Origin: an uncultured Gammaproteobacteria bacterium
GTDB taxonomy: Bacteria > Patescibacteriota > Microgenomatia > UBA10105 > UBA927
Length of the DNA: 64,000 nucleotides
NCBI GenBank assembly: GCA_964445435.1
Contig: CAYUKU010000006.1
Location: 1,112 to 65,111, forward strand
Reading direction: 5' to 3'
Shown: positions 39,228 to 49,129 of the stretch, in pieces
Position numbering within the stretch: the first letter of the stretch is position 1
Layout of the letters: each line of letters opens with the position of its first letter
Notes under the pieces: model-generated
Seen by the model: only the letters and a program-made list of their open reading frames with translations
Database searches by the model: none
What the model was told of the DNA's origin: nothing
Program-made: the position numbers and the translations under genes

Positions 39228-39274
39228 GGAATCATTGTATCACGGCCTCTGTTATAATCCGTATCAGAACTCTT
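39228..39274. promoter_or_regulatory. Divergent promoter region; an extended -10 (TGTTATAAT) for the + operon 39275-44923.
   Basis: tgTTATAAT lies at 39250-39258, 16 nt upstream of the ATG at 39275. There is no obvious Shine-Dalgarno sequence. This is the only gap between the head-to-head operons. Confidence 0.3.
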
Positions 39275-40894
39275 ATGAGACTCCGAACGCATGTGTTGAT
39301 CGTGCTTATCGCAAGCATCATCCCGTTTTTGATCATATTTGTCAGTCCAAACCTCCCCCATACGAGTGACGGAGGGGTTCATCTCCCCAGAATGGGTGCG
39401 TATTTCAGGGCGATTGCTGATGGTCATCTACCCGTGCGATGGGCGGGTGACCTCAACTTCGGGTACGGCTTGCCGCTTTTTAATTTCATGTACCATACGC
39501 CGTACATCCTTTCTTCGGCGCTTATCGCGGCAGGCTTTTCCCTTGTCACGTCGTTCAAACTTACGCTTGCTTTGAGTTTCGTTTTCTCGGGGCTGTTCAT
39601 GTACCTGTTCGTTTCTGAATGGCAGAAAGACAAAAAACTCGCCCTCTGGGTGACTCTGTTTTACCAGTTTGCCCCATTCCGGCTCGTGGAAATCCTTGTC
39701 AGGGGTGCTATAGGCGGAATATACAGCTACACGTTTCTCCCGCTTGTTTTGTGGAGCATCGTCAGAATCGCAAAAAAACCATCACCCGCACGCGTCGCGG
39801 GGGTAGCAATCGCAATGGGCCTGCTTATCATCTCGCATAACTCCCTAAGCCTTATTTTTTTTGGCGTCATCGTATTGTTCGCATCCTGGTTCTATCCGAA
39901 AAAAAGCATACTCATACCGGTTGTGACGGGACTGTTTTTGGGACTTCTTCTGTCTGCCTTCTATTGGATTCCGGCACTTGCGGAACACAAATACACATAC
40001 GGCGACCTGTTCATGACTGATCTCTACAAAACACACTTCCCGCCGCTTGTCCGATTCTTCCTGCCAAACCTCACCAATTCACAAACCTTGAGAACCGCAG
40101 AGATATCGGTACAACTGGGCATGTTTCATGTGATAGGAATCGCCGTGGCGCTTTTCGGACTGTTTCGCGGAGTATTCGACCGAAAAACGAAGCACATACT
40201 TTGGTTTGGACTCATCGTAACGGCCGTATCTCTTTTTTTTATGCAACCTGTCTCGCTTTTCCTTTGGGAACGGGTAACATTTTTACGGCAATTTCAGTTC
40301 CCCTGGCGGTTTTTGGCGCTATCGAGTTTCGGATCGGCACTTATCAGCATATCTATTGTGAAAGTCGTTCAATCACGAACCGCCCAAGCGATTCTGTTGT
40401 TTTTGACTGTGATTACAACTGCTTATTACTGGTATCCCCCGCAGGGCTTCGATACAGTGCGTGAGAGTGATTTCTGGAATTACCCTCTCAACACAACGTA
40501 CTTCGGGGAAACGGACGTCATCTGGTCGGCGGGTCCGGCGAAAGGATATCCCAAAGCACGTGTTGAGTTTATTGAAGGAACAGGATCGATTTCCGATCTT
40601 GCGAAAAAGACACAACTTCACACATTCACGGTGACGTCCAGCGTGTCTGCGAAACTTGTCGATCATACCCAGTACTTCCCCGGCTGGCGGGTGTATGTGG
40701 ATGGTCAGAAAACTCCGGTGGAATTTCAGGATCAGAATTGGCGGGGAGAAATTACATTCGCGGTCCCCCAAGGAACGCACAACGTAAAGGTCGCGTTCGA
40801 AGAAAGCCGAATCCGGTTCATAAGCAATACTGTTTCCGTTTTGGCTGTGGGCATCATATTGCTTACACTCATATCGAAATATATACGCTTATGA
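39275..40894 (+). CDS. PTPS-related-family polytopic membrane protein (putative GT-C) with a YfhO-type C-terminal domain.
   Basis: LPHTSDGGVHLPRMGAYFRAIADGHLPVRWAGDLNFGYGLPLFNF...; C-terminus QYFPGWRVYVDGQKTPVEF...GTHNVKVAFEE, then a TM helix. Confidence 0.55.
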   Translation: MRLRTHVLIVLIASIIPFLIIFVSPNLPHTSDGGVHLPRMGAYFRAIADGHLPVRWAGDLNFGYGLPLFNFMYHTPYILSSALIAAGFSLVTSFKLTLALSFVFSGLFMYLFVSEWQKDKKLALWVTLFYQFAPFRLVEILVRGAIGGIYSYTFLPLVLWSIVRIAKKPSPARVAGVAIAMGLLIISHNSLSLIFFGVIVLFASWFYPKKSILIPVVTGLFLGLLLSAFYWIPALAEHKYTYGDLFMTDLYKTHFPPLVRFFLPNLTNSQTLRTAEISVQLGMFHVIGIAVALFGLFRGVFDRKTKHILWFGLIVTAVSLFFMQPVSLFLWERVTFLRQFQFPWRFLALSSFGSALISISIVKVVQSRTAQAILLFLTVITTAYYWYPPQGFDTVRESDFWNYPLNTTYFGETDVIWSAGPAKGYPKARVEFIEGTGSISDLAKKTQLHTFTVTSSVSAKLVDHTQYFPGWRVYVDGQKTPVEFQDQNWRGEITFAVPQGTHNVKVAFEESRIRFISNTVSVLAVGIILLTLISKYIRL

Positions 40895-43245
40895 AACCGC
40901 GCGAGCTTGTTGTCTCAATTATTTTTCTTGCAGTCATAGCCGTCGTATTTTTTTACAAGTCGGTGTTTCTGGGGCGAATTCCCTTTCCGGGAGACCTTCT
41001 TATCGCCCAGTACAAACCGTGGAGGACATACTCATATCTCGGGTACGCTCCCGGGTCATATCCTCAGAAAAACCAGTACTTCGACACATTACGGCAGCTG
41101 TATCCCTGGAAAACGCTCAGTCTGAAAGAACTTTCATCAGGCAGGATTCCGCTATGGAACCCGCATAACTTTTCGGGCAGTCCGCTTCTTGCCAACAACC
41201 AGTCGGCTGTCTTCTATCCGCTCAATATCCTCTACGGCATCTTCACCCAGCCGGTCGCCTGGACCATCATCATGGCAGCAGCGCTTTTTTTGGCATCAGT
41301 GGGAATGTATCTGTTTAGCCGGTCACTTTCCGTCTCTCCCATGGGCTCGTCGCTTGCGGCGGTGGCATATAGCTATAGCCTCTTTATGACGACATTTCTC
41401 GAGTATAACTCGATCCATCAGACAGCGATGTGGTTGCCGTTTGTACTTCTTTCAATAGAGCTTCTTCTTAAAAAAGGCATTTCCCGCCTGCGCGCCATTC
41501 TGTTTGTCGTTACAGTAACAAGCGCAGCTCTTGCCGGCCACCTTCAGATTTTCGTGTATATACTTCTTTTTTCTCTGGCATATCTGATATTGCGCGCCAG
41601 AAGTTTATCGACGAAAATTCACCATTCTCTCATTTTTTTGTTTCTCGTGCCGCTCGGAATTTCTTCGATACAGCTTATTCCGACGTTCGAGCTCATCATG
41701 CATTCGGCGCGATCGGCGCAGGAATACCAGTTTCTGGTTGAAAACCTTCTTCTTCAACCGCATCAGCTCGCCCTTTTTCTAGGCGCCGATCTCTTCGGAA
41801 ATCCAGCAAGCGGTAACTACCTCTTAAAAGACAGCTATCCGGGGAACGCCGTCTATCTGGGCATCGTGCCCTTACTGTTTAGCTTCTTTGCGCTCAAAAA
41901 CTGGCGGCGCAGCTGGACGGTGCGAACGTTTGGCTTCGCGGCACTTGTTCTGCTTGTTCTCATGACGCGGTCGTTCGTATCAGAAATCATCTATAGAATT
42001 CCCCTTCCGTTTATCAGTACCGCATCGCCAACAAACGGCATATTTCTCCTCAGTTTCTGCCTTTCGGTCCTCGCCGCCTTAGGCAGCGACACGTGGCGCA
42101 CAAAAACGGAAAAGCGGACGAGACGGATTATACTCGCAACCGGTGTTGCTTTCGTTCTTTTCTGGGTGGCAGCTCGCGTAGACCCGAAATTGATTAGCGT
42201 CAAAAATCTCATCTATTCCACGCTCTTGTATGTGGCAAGCGCGGCACTTCTTATCGCTGGTACGTTTTGGGCAAAGGCAAAAAACTACGCGTTTATCATG
42301 CTTCTGGCGATCGCCATCCTCGACAGTTTTTATTTCTTCCAAAAATTCAACCCGTTCGTACCTTCCCAGCTTGTGTTTCCGCAGGCATCGGTATTCCAAT
42401 GGCTAGCCCAAAACTCGCCCCTCGACCGGTTCTGGGGTTTGGGGAATGCCAATATAGAGGCAAATTTCGCCACACAGTACGGTCTTTACTCGCCCGAGGG
42501 ATATGATCCATTATATCCGAAGGCCTACGGTGAGTTCATCGGTCTTGCCGCAAACGGTAAGCTTGCAAACTCGTTTAGCAACGCAACGCGATCCGATGCA
42601 GTCATCCCCGCAAACACAACAGATACCCTTACCGACCCGGTGAAGAAAAAAACGCTTAACCTTCTGGGGGTACGCTATATCCTGGATCGTGCGGAAAACG
42701 CAAATACCGAAAATATATTCCCGCCGAACTCCTATCGGCTCGTCTATGAAAAGGACGGGTGGAAAATATTTGAAAATCTTGACGCCCTTCCGAGAGCATT
42801 TCTGACACAGTCTACCCGGACGTACCAGAGCCGGGTCGACTTTCAGGAAAAATTTGCCGACAGCAAGTTTAATCCGAAGGAAGCGGTGCTTCTGGCCGAG
42901 CCGACAAATTTACCACCGGGCGAACCCAAACAGGCGGGAACGGCGACCATTTCCTCCTATATGAATAATCGGGTCGAGATTATCACGTCAGCCCCGGCAA
43001 CACAGATGCTGATACTTACTGATACATACTTCCCTGGGTGGACCGCCACCGTTGACGGTCGGAAAGAAAAAATCCTCAAGGCCGACTGGACGTTTCGCGC
43101 GGTGAGCGTTCCCGCAGGAAAGCATATGGTTGTCTTTTCGTACGAACCATCCTCCTTTTCCTGGGGCCTCAAAAGCTCTATGATGAGCGTACTTATATTT
43201 ATAGGATTTATTCTCACCCTAAAAAGAAAAAACGCATATGACTAA
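40891..43245 (+). CDS. YfhO-family GT-C membrane glycosyltransferase.
   Basis: I moved the start to MKPRELVVSIIFLAV (an ATGA overlap). ...GRIPLWNPHNFSGSPLLANNQSAVFYPLN...; it has about 13 TM helices. The C-terminus is TDTYFPGWTATVDGRKEKILKADWTFRAVSVPAGKH, then a TM helix. Confidence 0.65.
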   Translation: MKPRELVVSIIFLAVIAVVFFYKSVFLGRIPFPGDLLIAQYKPWRTYSYLGYAPGSYPQKNQYFDTLRQLYPWKTLSLKELSSGRIPLWNPHNFSGSPLLANNQSAVFYPLNILYGIFTQPVAWTIIMAAALFLASVGMYLFSRSLSVSPMGSSLAAVAYSYSLFMTTFLEYNSIHQTAMWLPFVLLSIELLLKKGISRLRAILFVVTVTSAALAGHLQIFVYILLFSLAYLILRARSLSTKIHHSLIFLFLVPLGISSIQLIPTFELIMHSARSAQEYQFLVENLLLQPHQLALFLGADLFGNPASGNYLLKDSYPGNAVYLGIVPLLFSFFALKNWRRSWTVRTFGFAALVLLVLMTRSFVSEIIYRIPLPFISTASPTNGIFLLSFCLSVLAALGSDTWRTKTEKRTRRIILATGVAFVLFWVAARVDPKLISVKNLIYSTLLYVASAALLIAGTFWAKAKNYAFIMLLAIAILDSFYFFQKFNPFVPSQLVFPQASVFQWLAQNSPLDRFWGLGNANIEANFATQYGLYSPEGYDPLYPKAYGEFIGLAANGKLANSFSNATRSDAVIPANTTDTLTDPVKKKTLNLLGVRYILDRAENANTENIFPPNSYRLVYEKDGWKIFENLDALPRAFLTQSTRTYQSRVDFQEKFADSKFNPKEAVLLAEPTNLPPGEPKQAGTATISSYMNNRVEIITSAPATQMLILTDTYFPGWTATVDGRKEKILKADWTFRAVSVPAGKHMVVFSYEPSSFSWGLKSSMMSVLIFIGFILTLKRKNAYD

Positions 43246-44923
43246 ATCGTCCACATTCGTACTATTCGTTGCCATTTTCCTCATCGGAGCGATTCTGAGA
43301 TTTTATGCTTTAGGGTCCGTCCCAAACGGGTTATATCAGGATGAAACCGCAATCGGTTACAACGCGTACTCTATTCTCAAAACGGGAAAAGACGAATACG
43401 GAAAACCGTATCCCCTGTATTTCAAGTCATTTGGAGACTACAAGCTTCCCGTCTATATATACAGCACGGTAGCAAGCATCAAACTCTTCGGGCTCACGCC
43501 GTTTGCCGTTCGTTTCCCGTCGGCACTTTTCGGTACGCTGACCCTGATTATGATGTACGTTCTCGTCCGCAAACTTACCCGTAGCGAATCGTTCGCACTC
43601 TTGTCCGTACTATTTCTCTCGTTTAATCCCTGGCACCTCCATTACAGTCGGGCGACGTTTGAGGTATCGCAGGGGTTATTCTTCTTTCTTCTCGGAACCT
43701 GGTGTATCGCCAAATCCAGCGAAAAAAGACACGGGTTTTTCCTTATGGGCGTGCTATCGTTTCTCGCCGCTTTCTATACGTATAACCTCACCCGGCTTCT
43801 TTCACCACTTCTGTTTCTTATCGTGCTTTGTTATTTCCATCGTAAACAAACACTTCCCCGGCGCCGGGAACTAATCGCCTCGCTTGTCGTCGGCACTCTT
43901 GGTCTTCTGCCGTTTTTCAGGACATTTTTTTCCCAGGGAGGATTTGCGTCTTCAGCCGGAACGCTTATCTTCACCAGTGCTTCTGTCCAGGCGCCTCTTC
44001 TGGAAATTCGAAGTTACATGATTGGACATCCGATCCTGGCGAAACTCTTTTTCAATACTGCCATCCTCACGTTCTGGCAATATCTCGCAAACGTATACGC
44101 ATACCTTTCGACGGATTTCTTCTTTATTCATGGTTCACCGCACGGGAATCATGGAATCGGCAATGTCGGATTATTTTATGCATTTGAACTGCCTCTTATG
44201 GTTGTCGGTTTTCTGACCTATTTCCGTGATAAAGCAAAACCCTTCACATTACTCACATCCTGGGCGCTGGCGGTCGTCATAGTTTCTTCTTTAACCCGGG
44301 AAGCTCCGCACGCCACGCGAAGTTTTTTCCTCCTCTTTCCACTGGTCATATTTTCTGCGAAAGGCTTTTTTACCATCGTTTCCCAGATTCGAAAAACTGG
44401 CCGTACGCATCAAGTCATCCTGTTTTCGGCAATCTCGGTTGCGGTCCTGATAAACATTGTGTACTACATGGCTTCGTACTACATCCGCTTTCCGATCGCG
44501 TACGCCAAAGCCTGGCGTACGGCGGACGCTCAACTGTCTCTCTACATAAAGGCCCATGAGAAAAACTACGAGCGGATTGTCATCGACGATGCAGCAGGAT
44601 TCATCTATAGCTCGCTTTTGTTTTATAACGAGTTTTCACCAAGCGAATTTCAAGAGACGGTAAAAAGACTTCCTGACGATTCGGAAGGATTTAGCAAAGT
44701 ATCATCGTTTGGCAAATACGAAATACGCAACATCTCCGATGCCGATTTCCGAAAACCAAAAACGCTCATCATCACTACGCCCGACAAAAAGCCGGCATTC
44801 GTACCACCCCTTGAGACATTCTATTACCCTAAAAGACCAGTGGTGTTTGCGGTAAAGCAGGAGATCATGCGCTTCCCGATTGAAGACATTGCCTATGTCG
44901 CGGTAGCCGGAGTGCCTCAGTAA
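43238..44923 (+). CDS. ArnT/PMT_2-like GT-C membrane glycosyltransferase.
   Basis: VPNGLYQDETAIGYNAYSILKTGKDEYGKPYPLYFKSFGDYKLPVYIY... It makes an 8-nt overlap with the upstream gene. Confidence 0.65.
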   Translation: MTKSSTFVLFVAIFLIGAILRFYALGSVPNGLYQDETAIGYNAYSILKTGKDEYGKPYPLYFKSFGDYKLPVYIYSTVASIKLFGLTPFAVRFPSALFGTLTLIMMYVLVRKLTRSESFALLSVLFLSFNPWHLHYSRATFEVSQGLFFFLLGTWCIAKSSEKRHGFFLMGVLSFLAAFYTYNLTRLLSPLLFLIVLCYFHRKQTLPRRRELIASLVVGTLGLLPFFRTFFSQGGFASSAGTLIFTSASVQAPLLEIRSYMIGHPILAKLFFNTAILTFWQYLANVYAYLSTDFFFIHGSPHGNHGIGNVGLFYAFELPLMVVGFLTYFRDKAKPFTLLTSWALAVVIVSSLTREAPHATRSFFLLFPLVIFSAKGFFTIVSQIRKTGRTHQVILFSAISVAVLINIVYYMASYYIRFPIAYAKAWRTADAQLSLYIKAHEKNYERIVIDDAAGFIYSSLLFYNEFSPSEFQETVKRLPDDSEGFSKVSSFGKYEIRNISDADFRKPKTLIITTPDKKPAFVPPLETFYYPKRPVVFAVKQEIMRFPIEDIAYVAVAGVPQ

Positions 44924-45828
44924 ATTGCTATATCCCGGTCTTTCTTTTTCCAGAGCGATCCGACGCGTTTTCTTTTTTCCAACACCCGGGGAATTTTCCC
45001 GACTGCCATACACCATCCTATCAGCAGTGACGTCTTCCCGCGCAATAACTGCTGAACGATCCGCACCGGTGTCCAAACCACATGAGAAAACCATATATCG
45101 AGATCGGTAAGATTTTTCCAGGTGAATATGAATTGGTTCCTGAAAGCGATACGCTCTATTCTTTCTTTTGCGAATTGCGTCTGAATCGCCCCCTTCTGAT
45201 GATAGTGCCAAACGACTGCACGCGGTTCGAAGATGACACGGAATCCTGCCTTCATCGCCCGATACGAAAGATCAATATCCTCCCAATAAAACGGATTGTA
45301 TAGTTCATCCATTCCCCCGAAACGTTCCCAGAGCGCTTTTCTGAATGCGGAACTTCCGCCTGAGGCCCACGCAGTGTCGTTTTTATCCGTCTGACCGCGA
45401 CTATGGACATACAACCCTCTCCTCCAGTGAGCAACTCCCCGACCCCGAAGAACGACGCCTTCCTTCTCCGGATTTTTCTCAAGACACCCTACCGCAAATA
45501 CCGCCGGATCAGAAAAATGAGAAAGAAGCGGTTTGAGAAACCCTTTCTGGGGAACCACATCGCTGTTGAGAAGCACCACAATTTCTCCCTTTGCGTGAGT
45601 CACCCCCACGTTTACCGATTGCGCGAATCCCGAATTACTTTCTTTTACTATCGTGCGAATGCTGGGAAAGGTACGATGAAGAAGCGTAACTGAATCGTCA
45701 GTCGAATGGTCATCCACGACGATCACTTCGCAATCTCCGACGGCATCAAGAACCTTCGGCAAATGCTGCGCCAGAAGTTTCGCACCGTTCCAATTCGGAA
45801 TGATAATCGATACGGTCAACTGTTTCAT
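44917..45828 (-). CDS. GT2-family glycosyltransferase (WcaA-like).
   Basis: LTVSIIIPNWNGAKLL...EVIVVDDHSTDDSV...VVLLNSDVVP...GGSSAFRKALWE. Its 3' end overlaps the convergent 43238..44923 gene by 7 nt. Confidence 0.75.
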   Translation of the reverse strand: MKQLTVSIIIPNWNGAKLLAQHLPKVLDAVGDCEVIVVDDHSTDDSVTLLHRTFPSIRTIVKESNSGFAQSVNVGVTHAKGEIVVLLNSDVVPQKGFLKPLLSHFSDPAVFAVGCLEKNPEKEGVVLRGRGVAHWRRGLYVHSRGQTDKNDTAWASGGSSAFRKALWERFGGMDELYNPFYWEDIDLSYRAMKAGFRVIFEPRAVVWHYHQKGAIQTQFAKERIERIAFRNQFIFTWKNLTDLDIWFSHVVWTPVRIVQQLLRGKTSLLIGWCMAVGKIPRVLEKRKRVGSLWKKKDRDIAIY

Positions 45829-48077
45829 GAGCCCAAAAGAATACCACGAAACGGATGGTAATACAAACGCACCGTATGTGTGCCGGCTGGCACAACGACA
45901 CCCATAAATATTCCGTCCGTTTTCACGACCGGAGCTTCTTTATTATCAATAGTCGCAATCCATGACGGGTGATAACTATTATATATAACAAGAAGGCGGG
46001 GATTTGATGCCATGGTTTTGATCTCAATCGAGTTAGGAGTATAGGAAGTTATCCGTGTTCCTTCTCCGAGTCGAAGAGGCACGGGCAAGAGGGAAACCGT
46101 TTTATCTACGATCGCCAGGGTACCTGCTTCTGACTGGGCGAGAGCCCGGAGCGCTTCCTGCGGATCCTGAACCGATATAACGCGCTCAGCAAACCCGACT
46201 CTGTCAAGAGATTTTTTGTATTCATACACCCGCGTCTCACCTTCCTGGTACACCTTCACCAGGTACGGCCGGCTTACCTCTTCAAGCGTCAGAACGTATT
46301 TGACGTTCAGAAACGGCAACAGCGGGGAGTCAATGTTTTTCGAGGTTAAGATGCGGTTGAACCCGTACGGCTTGGCGATGCTCATATCGGCGCGGGTCAT
46401 GGCAGCGAAAAATGTTTCATACGCAGATGAATAGAGAGGGTCGTATCCTTCTGTGGTTTCGATCCCGAAGTAGGATGAAGCATTCGGCGGAAGAATCCGG
46501 TCATCAAGACTCATGACGCGAAAAGGCCCGGTCTGGTTTTTGAGGAATCGTATAACCGAAGTTTCCGGGAATAAGTAATCGCTTGGGGTAAACGGAGTAA
46601 ACTTCCACGCAAATCTGAGAAGATCACCCACCGAAATGGCGATAAGAAGAAAAACTACGACTTTTCTCAACTGCCTGAGCCTGCTCGATACGTATATGCC
46701 AAGTGCGCCGATAGAAAAAAGTGCGGTTGGCAAGATCAGGTTTCGCCTGGCAACCAAAGCATGAGAGATGGCTTCTGGGCTTTTCTGCTTCATCAAAACA
46801 AAAACTACAATCCACAGAATGACATACACGCCCGCCATAGCCAGAAGCGGAAATTTCACGCGAAGTGATTTTTTGAGAAATCCGCTGAATCCGATCGATG
46901 AAAGCACGGCAAGTGCAAAGTCGATAAGAATCATAAGTCGAGTCGGCTGAAGAGACGAAATGACAGGAATGTTTGTCTGGTAGGGCAACTTCGCCACAAT
47001 GGTCGGCAAAGAAAATAGCAAGGATATAAGTGCTGTCCACACCCAAAATTTCCCCTCTTTCCAAAACGGTATCGAAGCGATCAGCGCAAACAGGAGCGGT
47101 ATCGTGCCGATATACCCAGCAAATTCCGCCCAATTCCAGGTTCCCCAATAATTGAGCGTTGCGGGATTCCCGAAAAAATCCGGAGCGAAAAAGCCGGAAA
47201 GATGCTTCCAGGGAAGGAAAAATCCTGCCTCATGCCAACCGGTTCCCTGCGTTCTTGCAGACCGGGTAACAGACTCTATGAACGGCACCCACTGTGCTGC
47301 TGTTACCGTCAAAAGAATACCCATAAGCATGACAAATTTCCATGGCATTGCCTTTAATCGCCGTATTGCTTCAGTTCCTCGCGCCAGAAAGTACGCCAAG
47401 GAAAGCAGATATACATAGAGCGCTACCTGGATGTGTCCTGCCAGAAACGTCATGGTGATTCCCACAAAAATGGATATAAACCATAATTTTTTTCCTGCAA
47501 CAAGATCATCTATTCCCATGAGGATGAGCGGAAGCCAGATCGCAGTTTGTACGATGGTTCCCCACGTCAGCCACGAAACTGAGAATCCGGAGAAACTCCA
47601 TGAAACTGCCCCCAGAAACGCTGCCCAGGGATGAATCGCCATTCGCGTAAGAAAAATATACAGTAATATTCCTCCCAGAAGGGGTTGTAGTACGATAAGG
47701 ATCGTCCAGGCAACGGAGAATGGAAAGAAAATGAAAAGTACGTTCAGCGGATAAAACACACCGGCCTGTATATTGCCGGCAAGCGGACTACCGGAAAATG
47801 TATACGGATTCCACCAGGGAATTTCACCGTGTTTCCAGCTTTCAACGGCAAGTTTCCTCCAGGGAATTTGCTGACGAACCGGATCGGTTATGAGAAAATT
47901 CTTAAAAGGCACGCCCCGGGGATAGTCACTGGCGTAATAATCCCTCCAGGGATGATACAGGCCTACCAACGAATCTGCGGGAATCGGCAATTTCCCCAAA
48001 AATAGCTGCCAGAAAAATACGGCAACTACCAAAACAAACGCGCCGATCGGCAGAATGCTTAAAAGAAATCGTTTCAT
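45825..48077 (-). CDS. YfhO-family GT-C membrane glycosyltransferase.
   Basis: I moved the start to MKRFLLSILPIGAF (ATG at 48077; the track's M at 48104 is a TTG). ...GEIPWWNPYTFSGSPLAGNIQAGVFYPLN...; C-terminus NSYHPSWIATIDNKEAPVVKTDGIFMGVVVPAGTH, then a TM helix. Confidence 0.65.
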   Translation of the reverse strand: MKRFLLSILPIGAFVLVVAVFFWQLFLGKLPIPADSLVGLYHPWRDYYASDYPRGVPFKNFLITDPVRQQIPWRKLAVESWKHGEIPWWNPYTFSGSPLAGNIQAGVFYPLNVLFIFFPFSVAWTILIVLQPLLGGILLYIFLTRMAIHPWAAFLGAVSWSFSGFSVSWLTWGTIVQTAIWLPLILMGIDDLVAGKKLWFISIFVGITMTFLAGHIQVALYVYLLSLAYFLARGTEAIRRLKAMPWKFVMLMGILLTVTAAQWVPFIESVTRSARTQGTGWHEAGFFLPWKHLSGFFAPDFFGNPATLNYWGTWNWAEFAGYIGTIPLLFALIASIPFWKEGKFWVWTALISLLFSLPTIVAKLPYQTNIPVISSLQPTRLMILIDFALAVLSSIGFSGFLKKSLRVKFPLLAMAGVYVILWIVVFVLMKQKSPEAISHALVARRNLILPTALFSIGALGIYVSSRLRQLRKVVVFLLIAISVGDLLRFAWKFTPFTPSDYLFPETSVIRFLKNQTGPFRVMSLDDRILPPNASSYFGIETTEGYDPLYSSAYETFFAAMTRADMSIAKPYGFNRILTSKNIDSPLLPFLNVKYVLTLEEVSRPYLVKVYQEGETRVYEYKKSLDRVGFAERVISVQDPQEALRALAQSEAGTLAIVDKTVSLLPVPLRLGEGTRITSYTPNSIEIKTMASNPRLLVIYNSYHPSWIATIDNKEAPVVKTDGIFMGVVVPAGTHTVRLYYHPFRGILLGS

Positions 48078-49129
48078 ACGATGAGCGTATGCAGTCGTTT
48101 GCAAAACCCGTCATATCTGAAATCGGCCGCTCTCGACCGTGCCGCTTTTGAGATATGCGTCCACATTTTGGTATTCGCGGCGAGTTTCCCGGTGATGTCC
48201 ATGAGTTCTTTTTTCGTGTTCCACAAAAATCCGCTCACCCAATTTCCTACCACTTCCTTTTGCCCTCCCGCGGCATACACTACAGGTACTGCTCCTCCCG
48301 CCATTGCCTCTATTGTAGTAAGTCCGAAATGCTCCGCTTTCTCAGGGTGATTTGAAACATCTTCTCCGAAGCCCGCGGCGTGCCAATATATTTTCGCCCG
48401 ACCGTAAAGGGAGACTAAATCATTGAAAGGAATATTGGGAAGGATATCTATCCGATAGCCGTGAGCCAGTTTTTTGAGTTTATCGACAAACGGCTGGTCT
48501 TCGGGAAGCATACCCCCTGCCAACACAAGACGCCAGTCGGGAAGCTGCCTTTCATTTAGTTTCTTAAACGTCTCGATGAGAACTTCCTGTTTTTTCGTAT
48601 TCATACCCGTGGTAAAGCGGCCAACGGAAAGAATAAGTGATTCCTTCTTTTTCGGTCCGAATGCGTCGATATCTATAGCAGGAGCAAGTACGGATGCGCG
48701 GATACCGAATTTTTTGTCAATGTGATCTTTTACAAACTGTGAGTAGCAGAGAAAATGAGTTACCCTTCTTACTTTGAGCTGGGTCAACAGACTCTTCTCG
48801 TTCACCCACCCTGTCGGAAACTGAAAAATAAGGATTACTTTTTTCGAAAAAACGAACGGAATGCTTCCGTCACTTACGAAAAAAATTGCATCGTATCGCC
48901 TCGTAATGTTTGCCTTCTCAAACAGATTTCCGCTCTTCCAAATATTTCGTACGAGTCGTACGCCGGACAACGGCATGTGAAAACGCTCTTTGGCGGCGCC
49001 CAGAATTCCCGGATCGTCCCAGAAAATGTCAACCTCGTGTTCGGGCGTCAGACAAGAGGCGATGTCAAAACAATACCGCTCTCCCCCACCAAGCGTATTG
49101 AGATAAGGATTATAAATGCCTATCTTCAT
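48074..49129 (-). CDS. GT4-family (GT-B) glycosyltransferase.
   Basis: I moved the start to MKIGIYNPYLNTLGGGERY. ...LILSVGRFT...LVLAGG...GFGEDV...EHFGLTTIEAMAGGAVPVV. Confidence 0.7.
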   Translation of the reverse strand: MKIGIYNPYLNTLGGGERYCFDIASCLTPEHEVDIFWDDPGILGAAKERFHMPLSGVRLVRNIWKSGNLFEKANITRRYDAIFFVSDGSIPFVFSKKVILIFQFPTGWVNEKSLLTQLKVRRVTHFLCYSQFVKDHIDKKFGIRASVLAPAIDIDAFGPKKKESLILSVGRFTTGMNTKKQEVLIETFKKLNERQLPDWRLVLAGGMLPEDQPFVDKLKKLAHGYRIDILPNIPFNDLVSLYGRAKIYWHAAGFGEDVSNHPEKAEHFGLTTIEAMAGGAVPVVYAAGGQKEVVGNWVSGFLWNTKKELMDITGKLAANTKMWTHISKAARSRAADFRYDGFCKRLHTLIV

